From the NCBI GenBank assembly GCA_965222225.1, contig CBDCTK010000002.1:2944001-3008000 (forward strand): 64,000 bases of DNA, written 5' to 3'. The position numbers and the translations under genes were made by a program. The notes beneath the pieces are model-generated. The model was given only the letters and a program-made list of their open reading frames with translations. It made no database searches and had not been told where the DNA came from. How positions within the stretch are numbered: the first letter of the stretch is position 1; each line of letters begins with the position of its first letter. This document shows positions 20,160-30,391 of the stretch, one piece after another. The stretch comes from Candidatus Poribacteria bacterium (GTDB taxonomy: Bacteria; Poribacteria; WGA-4E; JAJDTR01).

Positions 20160-21517
20160 AAATTTAATTCTCGCAGATCGCCTCATTGACACCAAAGGAG
20201 AAATTCCAAGATACAAACAGATTGCCGCAGATTTCCCGATGCAAGAAATTAACAATTTGTGGGATGATACCTCCGGTGCCACGAATATGAAGTACGTTGT
20301 TGAAACCTCCAATAAAGTCATCCAGCGCTGCATCCTCATGACGACCGACCCGGGCGATCTCGTACTCGACCCCACCTGCGGCTCAGGCACCACCGCTTAC
20401 GTCGCCGAGGGTTGGGGCAGGCGCTGGATCACGATTGACACCTCTCGCGTAGCGCTTGCCTTAGCGCGTTCCCGCATCATGGGGGCGCGTTACGACTACT
20501 ACCTTCTCTCCGACAGCCGTGAGGGACAACTCAAAGAGGCGGAGATTGAAGGCAAAGCGCCCTCGGAAACCCCAACCTACGACGATATCCGTCAGGCGTT
20601 CGTGTACGAGCGAGTGCCGCACATCACGCTCAAGTCCATCGCCAACAACGCCGAGATTGATGTTATCTGGGAGCGGTATGAGGAGGAGCTGGCGCCGCTC
20701 CGCGCCGAGTTGTCGGAGGTTAGCGGTCAAGCGAAAACGCTTGAAGAGTGGGAGATTCCGCGCGAACGCCCCGATGATTGGAACCCCACCGCCGAGCCGC
20801 TGCTCGCCGCTTTCTGGGAACTGCGTCTCGCCCGCCAGAAAGAGATTGACGCCTCCATCGCCGCCAAAGCCGAGGTCGAATACCTTTACGACAAACCCTA
20901 CGAAGACAAAAAGAAGGTGCGCGTGGCGGGTCCCTTCACCGTGGAGAGCCTGTCGCCGCACCGCGTGCTGGGGGTTGACGAGGACGACGAACTGATTGAT
21001 AACCTCGCTGAAGATAAGCTCGGCTACGGCGAAGCTCAAGACTTCGCCACCGTAATCTTGGAGCACCTCAAGACCTCCGGCGTTCAGCAGGCGCATAAGG
21101 AGGACCGCATCTCTTTTACCAGTATCAAACCTTGGCCCGGCGCCCTCGTCTGTGCCGAGGGCAGATACGTCGAGCGAGACCCCGACTCCGGCGACGAAAA
21201 ACGCGCCGGTATCTTCATTGGCCCCGAATTTGGCACCGTCTCCCGTCCCGACCTCGTTGAGGCTGCCCGCGAGGCGGCGGACGCCGACTTTGACCTCCTG
21301 ATAGCTTGTGCTTTCTCCTACGAAGCGCACTCCACTGATCTCCACAAACTCGGTAAAATCCCGATACTCAAAGCGAGGATGAACGCCGATCTCCACATGG
21401 CTGCCGATCTCAGCAATACCGGTAAGGGGAATCTGTTTGTGATTTTCGGAGAGCCGGATATTACAGTGGCCAGTGGCCCGTGGCTAGTGACCAGTAAAGG
21501 AGAAAAATTTGCAAATT

Positions 21518-21790
21518 ATGAACAAGTTAAAAAGTTATCAAGACTTGGAAGTTTGGAAGAAATCAATCGAGTTGGCAGAGATGGTCTATCGAATCTCTGC
21601 GGAGTTTCCGCCGGAGGATCAAACGAGCGAATAGCGAGTGCGATAGAGATCTCTAACGGAGACATTTCTGATTCTGGCGCAGCGGTTGGGGATCGCCAAA
21701 GCCGAACAAATCAATCCCTTACTAGCCCTGGCGGGGGACATTGGACGGATGCTCAACGGTCTCAAACGCTCGCTGCGATCCAGAACTTGA
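21518..21790 (+). pseudogene. Four-helix-bundle (23S rRNA IVS protein/Avd-like) gene nested in the +1 frame of mod, core replaced by a hairpin element
   Basis: MNKLKSYQDLEVWKKSIELAEMVYRISAEFPPE...TETFLILAQRLG...IGRMLNGLKRSL*; flanked by inverted heptamer runs (21464-21495 and 21807-21831). Confidence 0.8.
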
Positions 21791-22187
21791 CCGACGCGGA
21801 CTTCCCGCTGGCACTGACCACTGGCGACTGGACACAAGTAACGGTGCACGGTGTTGATGTTTTTCATCCCAACACGGGGGAGATTCGGAGCGACAGCACG
21901 GACGGCATCGCCTGCTGGTTCATTGATACCGATTACAACGCGGAGAGTGTTTTTGTGCGTCACGCCTATTTCCTCGGCGCGAATGACCCGTACAAATCCC
22001 TCAAGACGACGCTGAAAGCGGAGATTAACCACGAGGCGTGGGAGACGCTCCACAGCGACACCTCGCGGCCGTTTGAGAAGCCGGCATCCGGGCGGATTGC
22101 CGTTAAGGTTATTAATCACCTTGGGGATGAGGTGATGAAGGTTTTTCGGGTGTAGGGACGCACCGAAACAGAGAATTTTCTTCAAAA

Positions 22188-22224
22188 GGGATCTCTATCG
22201 CCCTCGCTGTTCGCTCGGTTGATC
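22188..22224. repeat. Covarying hairpin element
   Basis: GGGATCTCTATCGC-cc-TC-gc-TGTTC-gc-TC-gg-TTGATC. Confidence 0.85.
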
Positions 22225-22265
22225 GGTTTCTTCCACTAACCACTGACCACTAGGCACTGCATTTC

Positions 22266-24338
22266 ATGGATTTTCGAATTGCCAACACCTTCACCGACAG
22301 CCTTGCCAAACTGACCGGGGTTGAGCAGAAGGCTGCCAAGACGGCGGCTTTCGACCTCCAGATGAATCCGGCGCAGCCAGGACTGCAATTCCACAAGCTG
22401 GCGAAGACCAAGGACCCGAACTTCTGGTCTGTACGCGTCAATAACGACGTGCGAATCATCGTGCATCGCAGCCAGAACAGCTTGGTGCTGTGCTACGTGG
22501 ATCACCACGACAACGCCTATCGGTGGGCGGAGCGGCGCAAGCTGGATGTTCATCCCCAAACCGGCGCTGCTCAATTGGTTGAAGTGCGGGAGACTATCTA
22601 AGAAATCACCGTTCCCGTCTACGCCCCAACCGAGACGGAGGTGCCACCTAAGCCGCCGCTCTTCGCGGAAATGCCCGATGACGATTTGCTGGGTTACGGC
22701 GTGCCTGAGGAGTGGCTGGAGGAGGTTCGCAAGGCCGACGAGGATAGCCTGCTGGTGTTGTCCGATCACTTGCCGAGAGAGGCGGCGGAGGCGTTGCTTG
22801 AGTTGGCTGTCGGCGGAACGCCGCCGATAATCCTGCCCGTTGTTACCGCCGCCGACCCGTTCGATCACCCCGATGCTCAGCGCCGTTTCCGTTTGATGGC
22901 AAACGTCGAGGAACTGGAGCGCGCGCTCGACTACCCTTGGGAGAAGTGGGCGGTGTTCCTTCACCCGGCGCAGCGGCAGGTGGTCGAAGGGGATTACAAT
23001 GGCGCGTTTCGAGTGGCTGGCTCAGCCGGTACCGGCAAGACCGTCGTGGCAATCCACCGCGCCGTATCTCTCGCACGCGCGAACCCGGACGCCAGGGTTC
23101 TACTCACCACCTTCTCCAAGATCTTGGCTGATGCGCTGCGGACAAAACTCAAACGGTTAATCTACAACGAACCGCGGCTTGCGGAACAGGTGGAAGTCGA
23201 CGCGGTGGACGCGGTTGGTGAGCGGCTGTATCGGGCGCATTTCGGCTCCCGGGAAATAGCAACCCAGGAACAGATACAGTCGATTCTGACCGACGTTCTC
23301 AAGGGCACGGAGACGAATCGTTTCAGTTTGCGATTCCTGCTTGGCGAATGGGAGAGCGTCGTTGACGCCTGGCAGTTGGATAGCTGGGAGGCGTATCGCG
23401 ATATCAGAAGGCTTGGGCGCAAAACACGTCTGCCGGTGGAGAGACGGTTTCTCCTTTGGTCCATTTTTGAACAGGTCAAGACCGGTCTTCGGGAACGCGG
23501 CTTGGTGACCCGTGCGGAATTGTTCAGTTTAACTGCGCAAAAACTCAAAGCGCGCCGGCATCCGCCGTTCGATTTCGTGGTTGTGGATGAGGCGCAGGAC
23601 GTTAGCGTTCCCCAACTGCGTTTCCTCGCCGCATTGGGCGGGGACCGCGCTAACAGTCTCTTTTTCGCAGGCGATCTTGGACAACGGATTTTCCAAACGC
23701 CGTTTTCGTGGAAAGCGCTGGGTGTCGATGTTCGGGGAAGATCTCAGACGCTTAAAATCAACTATCGAACGTCACATCAAATTCGGCAGCAGGCAGATCT
23801 GTTGCTGGGGTTGGAAGGCGCCGATGTCGATGGTAACGTTGAGGATCGACGCGGAACGATTTCGGCATTTAACGGCGAACCTCCGACAATCCACCGCTGT
23901 GAGAGCGAGCAGGACGAGGCGGAAATTGTCGGCGTATGGTTGCAGGAACGTCGGGACGAAGGCGTGGAAGCGGTGGAGATTGGGGTATTCGTGCGATCAA
24001 CGAGGGAGCTGGAGCGTGCGTGTGCGGCGGTGCGCGGTGCCGGGTTGCCGTATCGGGTGTTGGACGATGGGAGTACAACGGGTGACGACCCCGTATCCGT
24101 TAGCACAATGCACTTGGCGAAGGGCTTGGAGTTCCGCGCCGTAGCCGTCATGGCGTGTGACGACGAAGTCATCCCGCTACAGGAGCGGATAGAGACCGTT
24201 GCGGATGATGCGGACCTTGAGGAGGTCTACAACACGGAGCGGCACCTGTTATACGTCGCCTGTACACGGGCGCGGGATCATTTGCTCATCACGAGTGTTG
24301 AGCCGGCGTCGGAGTTTTTGGATGACTTGGAGATGTAG
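22266..24338 (+). pseudogene. UvrD/Rep superfamily-1 helicase with N-terminal RelE-like domain; single in-frame TAA
   Basis: GSAGTGKT, VDEAQD, NYRT, HLAKGLEF and YVACTRAR. TAA at 22599-22601 is in frame with the downstream ORF, so 22641-24338 could still be translated separately. Confidence 0.8.
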
Positions 24339-24764
24339 ACTGCCGCGGCAATTGTAGGAGCGATCTCCAAATCACGACAGGTCGAGAATCGGAAGTTGGT
24401 TTTCACTTGGATTTCCGAGGCATCAATTGGAGCGGATACTCCGGATGCAATTCATAGTCTCGGTGTTATCGGAAAATTCCTTTCAACCCAACCTACGGGC
24501 TGGCTCGCTATCCTCGGGTTGATCTCTATAGGAAACTCATCACTCTCCACTAGTCACTGCCTCCCCACTCCCCACTGTCTCTCCACACAATGTGCTTGAC
24601 TTTTGTCGCAAGCGCCGCTATGATGTTTACCAATACGCTAGCGCACGTTGACAACAGTAGTAGGGTGGCGCCGCCCGCCATTGCTTGTTCGGCACCATAA
24701 ATCCCTGCATCTTAACTCGCCACTCTCCACTAACCACTGCTCTTACCATGCAAGGGGTTCGTGT

Positions 24765-25628
24765 ATGAAAATCATTGATTCGGATATGCAGAAACAGTTT
24801 ATGAATGACGGTTTTTACGTCTTCAGAAATATGCTTGAGCCAGAACTGATCGATACGTTGAGGGGAATCACGGATGATGTGCTCGCGCAGCAGGAGGAGG
24901 CGCATTTCGAGCAGCAACGCGCGCCGGGCAGCATGGTGCTCATCGATTGGGAGATGGCGTACCGGCATGATGTGCTAGCTGAACTGATTGCTCACCCGAA
25001 AATGCTGAAGGGGCTGTCTGAACTGGGATTCGCGGAGCCGAAGTTTGGGCATGGGCGCATCATCAGCAAGCCGCCGCACAGCCCGCGATTGTTTTGGCAC
25101 GAGGACGGCAGGTTCTGGTACGATCCGGTCAGTTATACGCCGCAGCCCATCCAGTGTTTTCTGATGTACTATCTCGTGGACACCGCGCCGGAGAACGGGT
25201 GCTTGCGGGTGATTCCGGGATCGCATCTGAAGCGCCACGCGCTGCATGACCAAGTTCCAGTGCGGCATGCCGAAAAATTGAAAACGTATGCGGATCCGCA
25301 TCACATCGCTTTCCAACATGCGGAGGGAGAGATTGATGTGCCGGTGAAGGCGGGGGATGCGGTGATGGGCTACGGCACGCTGTTTCACTCCGCCCACGCC
25401 AACCAGACGAATCAACGCCGGACGGGGCTTACGATGTGGTATTATCCCGATTTCGTCGACCTGCCCGAGCACACCCAAGCTACAGTGGCGTCCTTGGAGA
25501 CCGACACCCAAGTCACGAGATGCTCGCCGGGGCAGAGGCAGCGTCTTATGGAGCCACTCAGGATTGTGTACGAAGGCGATGCCGAATCCATCCCGCAGCA
25601 GTGGACGCCGGGAGAGGATTTGAGATAG
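24765..25628 (+). CDS. Phytanoyl-CoA dioxygenase (PhyH)-family 2-oxoglutarate/Fe(II) dioxygenase
   Basis: WHED (HxD), ENGCLRVIPGSH, distal His (LFHSA) and RR. Confidence 0.88.
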   Translation: MKIIDSDMQKQFMNDGFYVFRNMLEPELIDTLRGITDDVLAQQEEAHFEQQRAPGSMVLIDWEMAYRHDVLAELIAHPKMLKGLSELGFAEPKFGHGRIISKPPHSPRLFWHEDGRFWYDPVSYTPQPIQCFLMYYLVDTAPENGCLRVIPGSHLKRHALHDQVPVRHAEKLKTYADPHHIAFQHAEGEIDVPVKAGDAVMGYGTLFHSAHANQTNQRRTGLTMWYYPDFVDLPEHTQATVASLETDTQVTRCSPGQRQRLMEPLRIVYEGDAESIPQQWTPGEDLR

Positions 25629-25801
25629 CGAAGTGGATGCCGCAGAACATGAGCACACTACGCCCGGTTATAGCTGCAGAAACCGAATCGACGCACGCCG
25701 CACGAGTTCCGGCACTCCCTTTGGGCACCTCTTGACCTAACTCCGTACTTTGAGCATAGCGTTCAATATTCATTTTATGTGACAACAAATATTTCTGACC
25801 C

Positions 25802-25830
25802 TTGAAAACTTAACATATGTAAGGTATAAT
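25802..25830 (+). promoter_or_regulatory. Sigma70-like promoter with palindromic spacer
   Basis: TTGAAA-N17-TATAAT with ACATATGT in the spacer; near-copy at 51702-51730. Confidence 0.55.
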
Positions 25831-25876
25831 TCACCGGTATATGTAGGGTGGGCACCGCCCACCATTCTTTCTACAG

Positions 25877-26043
25877 GATCAACTGCGATCAACCGAACGA
25901 TCAACTGAGTTGATAACGAAGGCGATAATAAATCCTACCTCTGTAGGAGGGGCATCTTGCCCCGACTAATCTTTAGCTGTGCGATTGGCATCTTTGACAG
26001 CGAAGGCGATAGAAGCTCCCTATAGTGTTCCCATAGAAATCCC
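25877..26043. repeat. Cluster of nested and partial hairpin elements (opposite orientation)
   Basis: Three stacked GATCAA starts (25877, 25887, 25899) and several GATAG/ATAG...TCCC stubs. Confidence 0.75.
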
Positions 26044-26693
26044 CACGAGGCGTATTTCCAATAATTCCTTGAGCTACACCGTAATAAAATTAATCCAAGA
26101 TTATTTCTTTAATCTCCTTATTTTGTGTCTGAGGGATGCGGGAAAGTTCACAATCTATTCGCACAAATTCGCAGTTTTTCGCAGACCGCGGAAATCCCTT
26201 CCAACCCGCGTCATTACAGGTTTCCCGGGCGAGTTTTACGATTCGCGAACATATGCGAGGTGCAGAATTGCAACTCCGAATCGAATGCCATCAGGCGAGA
26301 TCACAAAAAATGTGGACAGCGATTAAACAAAGGGAGAATGACTGCGTTAAAGTTCCCACAGCGAATCCCGTGCGACAGAGCTCTTCAAGAACCACCCCTA
26401 AAAACATGAGCGCACTTTAGCGCACTTTCGTGAGACAAACCGGAACCTACTCGAACCGGCGTCATTACGGGATTCCAATGCAATTTCTGTCGCTCGCGAA
26501 CAAGTGCGCTTTTGGACGAAGTGTCTCCGCTAATTCAGAACAACAACGGTAATTGCCGATCATGAGAAGCGATGCCGTAAAAGTCTTTAACATTCCTAAA
26601 CCCGTTAATACGCAAACAATCAATGCGCCGGCGACCAAAACAAACGCACATACTCGCTAACACAGCCGGAGGCATACTCCGCACGAGGTAGTT

Positions 26694-28292
26694 ATGACTG
26701 AAGAGAAGCGACCGAATATTCTGCTGATCCTGAACGATGACATGGGTTATTCCGACCTCGGCTGCTACGGCGGGGAGGTGCAGACGCCGAACCTTAACAG
26801 GCTTGCCAACCGCGGACTGCGATTCACGCAGTTCTACAACACGGCGCGTTGCTGCCCTTCGCGCGCATCGCTGTTGACGGGGCTGCACCCGCACCAAACA
26901 GGCGTTGGACACATGACGGCCGATGACGGACTGGAGGGTTATCGCGGGGATTTGAATCATCGTTGCGTGACGATTGCCGAGGCGCTTGGCGCGACGGGTT
27001 ACCGAACCTATATGAGCGGGAAGTGGCACATTTCGCGTCACATACAACCCGAGGGACCCAAACACAGTTGGCCGCGCCAGCGGGGTTTCGACCGATATTT
27101 CGGCATCCTCTCGGGCGCCGCGAATTACTGGAAGCCGCATTCACTCACCCGTGGGGACGATTGGGTTCCGCCCGACGAGCTCCCGGACGAATTCTTCTTG
27201 ACCGACGCGATCAGCGATGAAGCATCGGGATTCATTCGAGACCATCACGCAAAATCACCCGATGACCCCTTCTTTAGCTACGTCGCCTACACGTCGCCGC
27301 ATTGGCCGTTGCACGCGCACGAGGAGGATATCGCGCGTTATGAGGGTCGATTCTCCGCCGGTTGGGATGCGCTGCGTGAGGAACGCCTGCTGCGTATGCG
27401 GGAGATGGGCATCTTGGAGGATTGCTGGGAATTGAGTGATCGAGATGCGTCGCAACCTCCGTGGTCGGATGCGGGGCATAAGGAGTGGAATCTGCGGCGT
27501 ATGGAGGTTTACGCAGCGCAGATTGACCGCATGGATCAGGGGATTGGGCGGATCATCAGCACGTTGGAAGCCACCGGACAACTGGAAAACACGCTGATTC
27601 TCTTCTTGGTGGACAACGGCGGGTGCGCTGCAGAATTGGGCGGGCCCAACACGCGTATCAGGCGAGATTGGCCCGTCTCACCGCCGCTGACACGCGATGG
27701 GAGACCGGTCAGCACGGGGAACGACCCGACAATTATGCCGGGACCGGAAACGACATATCAAAGCTACGGCGTGCCGTGGGCGAACTTGTCAAATACGCCG
27801 TTCCGCGAATACAAGCACTGGGTGCATGAGGGCGGCATCAGCACGCCGTTTATCGCGCATTGGCCCGAGCACATCACAGGCGCGGGCGAGTTTCGGCATC
27901 AGCCGGGACAGTTGACGGATGTGATGGCAACGTGTCTCGAGGTCGCCGGCGCGGCGTATCCGGGGGAGAACGATGGGAATCCGGTTTATCCGCTAGAGGG
28001 CACGAGTTTGACCCCCATTTTTGATAACCGGGACAACGGGGTGGGCGTGTTGTATTGGGAGCACGAGGGGAATAGAGCGGTGCGGCGAGAGAATTGGAAG
28101 CTGGTCACAAAGTATCCGGGGGATTGGGAGTTGTATGACATGGAGGCGGACCGCACGGAGTTGGAGGATTTGAGCGGGAAGTGCTCGGACATCGTGAAGG
28201 AGTTGAGCGGGTTGCACGCTGATTGGACGGATCGGTGTCAGGTTCAGCCGTGGAGGGATATTTTGGAGTCGCGGGATCAAGCGACTGGATAA
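26694..28292 (+). CDS. Arylsulfatase (AtsA-like)
   Basis: DDMGYSD, CCPSR, GKWH, PHWPLH and HEGGISTP. The stop codon lies inside a hairpin element (28275-28325). Confidence 0.92.
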   Translation: MTEEKRPNILLILNDDMGYSDLGCYGGEVQTPNLNRLANRGLRFTQFYNTARCCPSRASLLTGLHPHQTGVGHMTADDGLEGYRGDLNHRCVTIAEALGATGYRTYMSGKWHISRHIQPEGPKHSWPRQRGFDRYFGILSGAANYWKPHSLTRGDDWVPPDELPDEFFLTDAISDEASGFIRDHHAKSPDDPFFSYVAYTSPHWPLHAHEEDIARYEGRFSAGWDALREERLLRMREMGILEDCWELSDRDASQPPWSDAGHKEWNLRRMEVYAAQIDRMDQGIGRIISTLEATGQLENTLILFLVDNGGCAAELGGPNTRIRRDWPVSPPLTRDGRPVSTGNDPTIMPGPETTYQSYGVPWANLSNTPFREYKHWVHEGGISTPFIAHWPEHITGAGEFRHQPGQLTDVMATCLEVAGAAYPGENDGNPVYPLEGTSLTPIFDNRDNGVGVLYWEHEGNRAVRRENWKLVTKYPGDWELYDMEADRTELEDLSGKCSDIVKELSGLHADWTDRCQVQPWRDILESRDQATG

Positions 28293-28415
28293 GGAGCGCG
28301 ATAGCCAATCCCGATAGAGATTCCCTTGCTCCGACTGACTTATGTGCAATGGAGTGACCGGAAAATGATTCGATAGAGATTCACTAGTCACTAACCACTG
28401 CTTTTTGAGGTTGCC

Positions 28416-29564
28416 ATGCCTACACTTGACTGGATTACCGTAAAAGGATTTAAGAGTATCAAGTCTATTGAGGAGTTGGATCTCCGTCCAATCAACGTCT
28501 TAATTGGATCGAACGGCGCCGGAAAGTCGAACTTCATGGAGGTTTTTTCGCTCCTTAACGCCATACGCCTAGGTGGGTTACGGGATTACGTTATGCGGTG
28601 CGGTGGCGCCGACAAGATACTTCATTTCGGCTCCAAGGCAACTCCGTATCTGAGCGTTCGAATCCATTTTGAGAATGAAAAAAGAAGGTACAGAGATTAC
28701 ATTATAAAGTTAGCGCCGGATAATGCCGATGGCATGTTTCCTTCAAGTGAACTGGTCTTTACTACGGACAAACAGGACATTGATGATGAGGTTGATGGGG
28801 CTGGTTTCGACCTTAAGGGGCGGGATGGCGAGGCGGGAATTTATAGCTCAGAGGAACGATCGGGCGCAATTCCTTTCATTCGCAAACACCTTTCTCACTG
28901 GCGGTTGTACCATTTCCAAGATACAAGCGCGTCGTCGCCCATAAAGAAAACCGTGGCGCTAAACGACAATCGTTTCTTGCGAAATGACGGCTCGAATCTT
29001 GCCGCCTTCTTGTATTATCTGCGCGAAATACATGGACGCTCGTACGACATGATACGGCGCACGGTACAGCTCGTTGCCCCATTTTTCGACGACTTTTTCC
29101 TTGAACCGCAGGCGTTAAATGAAGATACGATTCGGCTCGAATGGCGGCATCGGGGGTCAGACAGCTATTTTGACGCCTCTGCACTTTCCGACGGATCGCT
29201 GCGGTTCATCGCTCTAGCGACATTGCTGCTGCAACCGAGAGAACTGCGTCCTTCGGTGATTCTATTGGATGAACCGGAACTGGGCTTGCACCCCTCCGCG
29301 ATCACGATTCTAGCGTCCCTTATCAAGCAAGTTTCTACAGAAACTCAGATTGTGGTTGCCACCCAGTCTCCCCTGCTTTTGGATCATTTCGAGCCCGAAG
29401 ATGTGCTCGTTGCCGAACGTGTGGAGGGAGTAACCCAATTCACCAGACTGGATGGAGAGAAACTGAAGATTTGGCTTGAGGACTATAGCCTCGGTCAACT
29501 CTGGGAGAAGAATGAGTTTGGTGGTCGGCCGGCTCCGGAGGACGTAGGTCGGGAGTCAGTGTAA
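28416..29564 (+). CDS. ABC-type (AAA_21-like) ATPase
   Basis: GSNGAGKS, LSDGS signature, LLDEPELGLHP and ATQS. Confidence 0.88.
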   Translation: MPTLDWITVKGFKSIKSIEELDLRPINVLIGSNGAGKSNFMEVFSLLNAIRLGGLRDYVMRCGGADKILHFGSKATPYLSVRIHFENEKRRYRDYIIKLAPDNADGMFPSSELVFTTDKQDIDDEVDGAGFDLKGRDGEAGIYSSEERSGAIPFIRKHLSHWRLYHFQDTSASSPIKKTVALNDNRFLRNDGSNLAAFLYYLREIHGRSYDMIRRTVQLVAPFFDDFFLEPQALNEDTIRLEWRHRGSDSYFDASALSDGSLRFIALATLLLQPRELRPSVILLDEPELGLHPSAITILASLIKQVSTETQIVVATQSPLLLDHFEPEDVLVAERVEGVTQFTRLDGEKLKIWLEDYSLGQLWEKNEFGGRPAPEDVGRESV

Positions 29565-30268
29565 TGACGAGATTGCTCGTTCATGTTGAGGGCCAAACCG
29601 AGGAAAGTTTCGTTAATGAAGTCCTCAAGATTCATCTATGTACTCAGAGATTTGCAGATGTCAATCCACGCATTGTTGGCAATGCACGTCAGCGGAGTCA
29701 ACGTGGTGGGGTTCAAAAGTGGACCACGGCGCGAAAGGACATCACGAATCATTTGAAGCAAGATCTAAGGTGCATTGTCACCACAATGGTGGATTACTAC
29801 GGGATGCCGCAAACAGGTTCGAGGGCATGGCCCGGACGCTCTGAAGCCAATGAACTCGCGTTTCCTAACAATGCGGAGACGGTTGAAAAGGCGCTTGCAA
29901 CCGATGTCTGCGAACAGATGGGGTCGGACTTCAACCCAGAGCGATTCGTTCCGTATGTCATGATGCACGAGTTTGAAGCCATGCTCTTTAGCGATTGCGA
30001 AAGATTCGCAGAAGGTATTGGTGAGCCTGAACTGGCGCCGAAGTTCCAGGAGATTCGAGCGAAGTTCGGGTGTCCGGAAGAGATTGATGATTCGCCCGAA
30101 ACGGCGCCATCCAAACGTATCGTGTCGCTTGTTCCCGGATATCAAAAGCCGGTATTGGGAATTTTGGCAGCGTTGGAGATTGGTCTTGGGGCAATTCGGT
30201 CGGTGTGTCCGCATTTTCGCAGTTGGTTGGCGCGGTTGGAAGGCATACCACGGCGTATGGCTGTGTAG
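29564..30268 (+). CDS. DUF4276-family (TOPRIM-like) protein
   Basis: VHVEGQTEE, DYYG, HEFEAMLF and PSKRI; TAATG coupling to the ATPase. Confidence 0.82.
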   Translation: MTRLLVHVEGQTEESFVNEVLKIHLCTQRFADVNPRIVGNARQRSQRGGVQKWTTARKDITNHLKQDLRCIVTTMVDYYGMPQTGSRAWPGRSEANELAFPNNAETVEKALATDVCEQMGSDFNPERFVPYVMMHEFEAMLFSDCERFAEGIGEPELAPKFQEIRAKFGCPEEIDDSPETAPSKRIVSLVPGYQKPVLGILAALEIGLGAIRSVCPHFRSWLARLEGIPRRMAV

Positions 30269-30391
30269 GCGGGGCGGTGGAGTTCTGCAGAACAGTCATT
30301 AGATCGCACTCAGAGTTATCTATCATCTAGGCATTGAGCTACGAAAGCTTTTCAGGTATGATTCGTCCCATTCTATAGTAGGAGATTATCC

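Larger units (their letters stand above)
17857..22155 (+). pseudogene. mod: Type III DNA methyltransferase (Mod) interrupted by IS1595
   Basis: DPPY in the N-part and DPTCGSGTT in the C-part. Removing 18911-20167 restores one frame (...GMKNLILADRLIDTKGEIPRY...). Confidence 0.9.
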
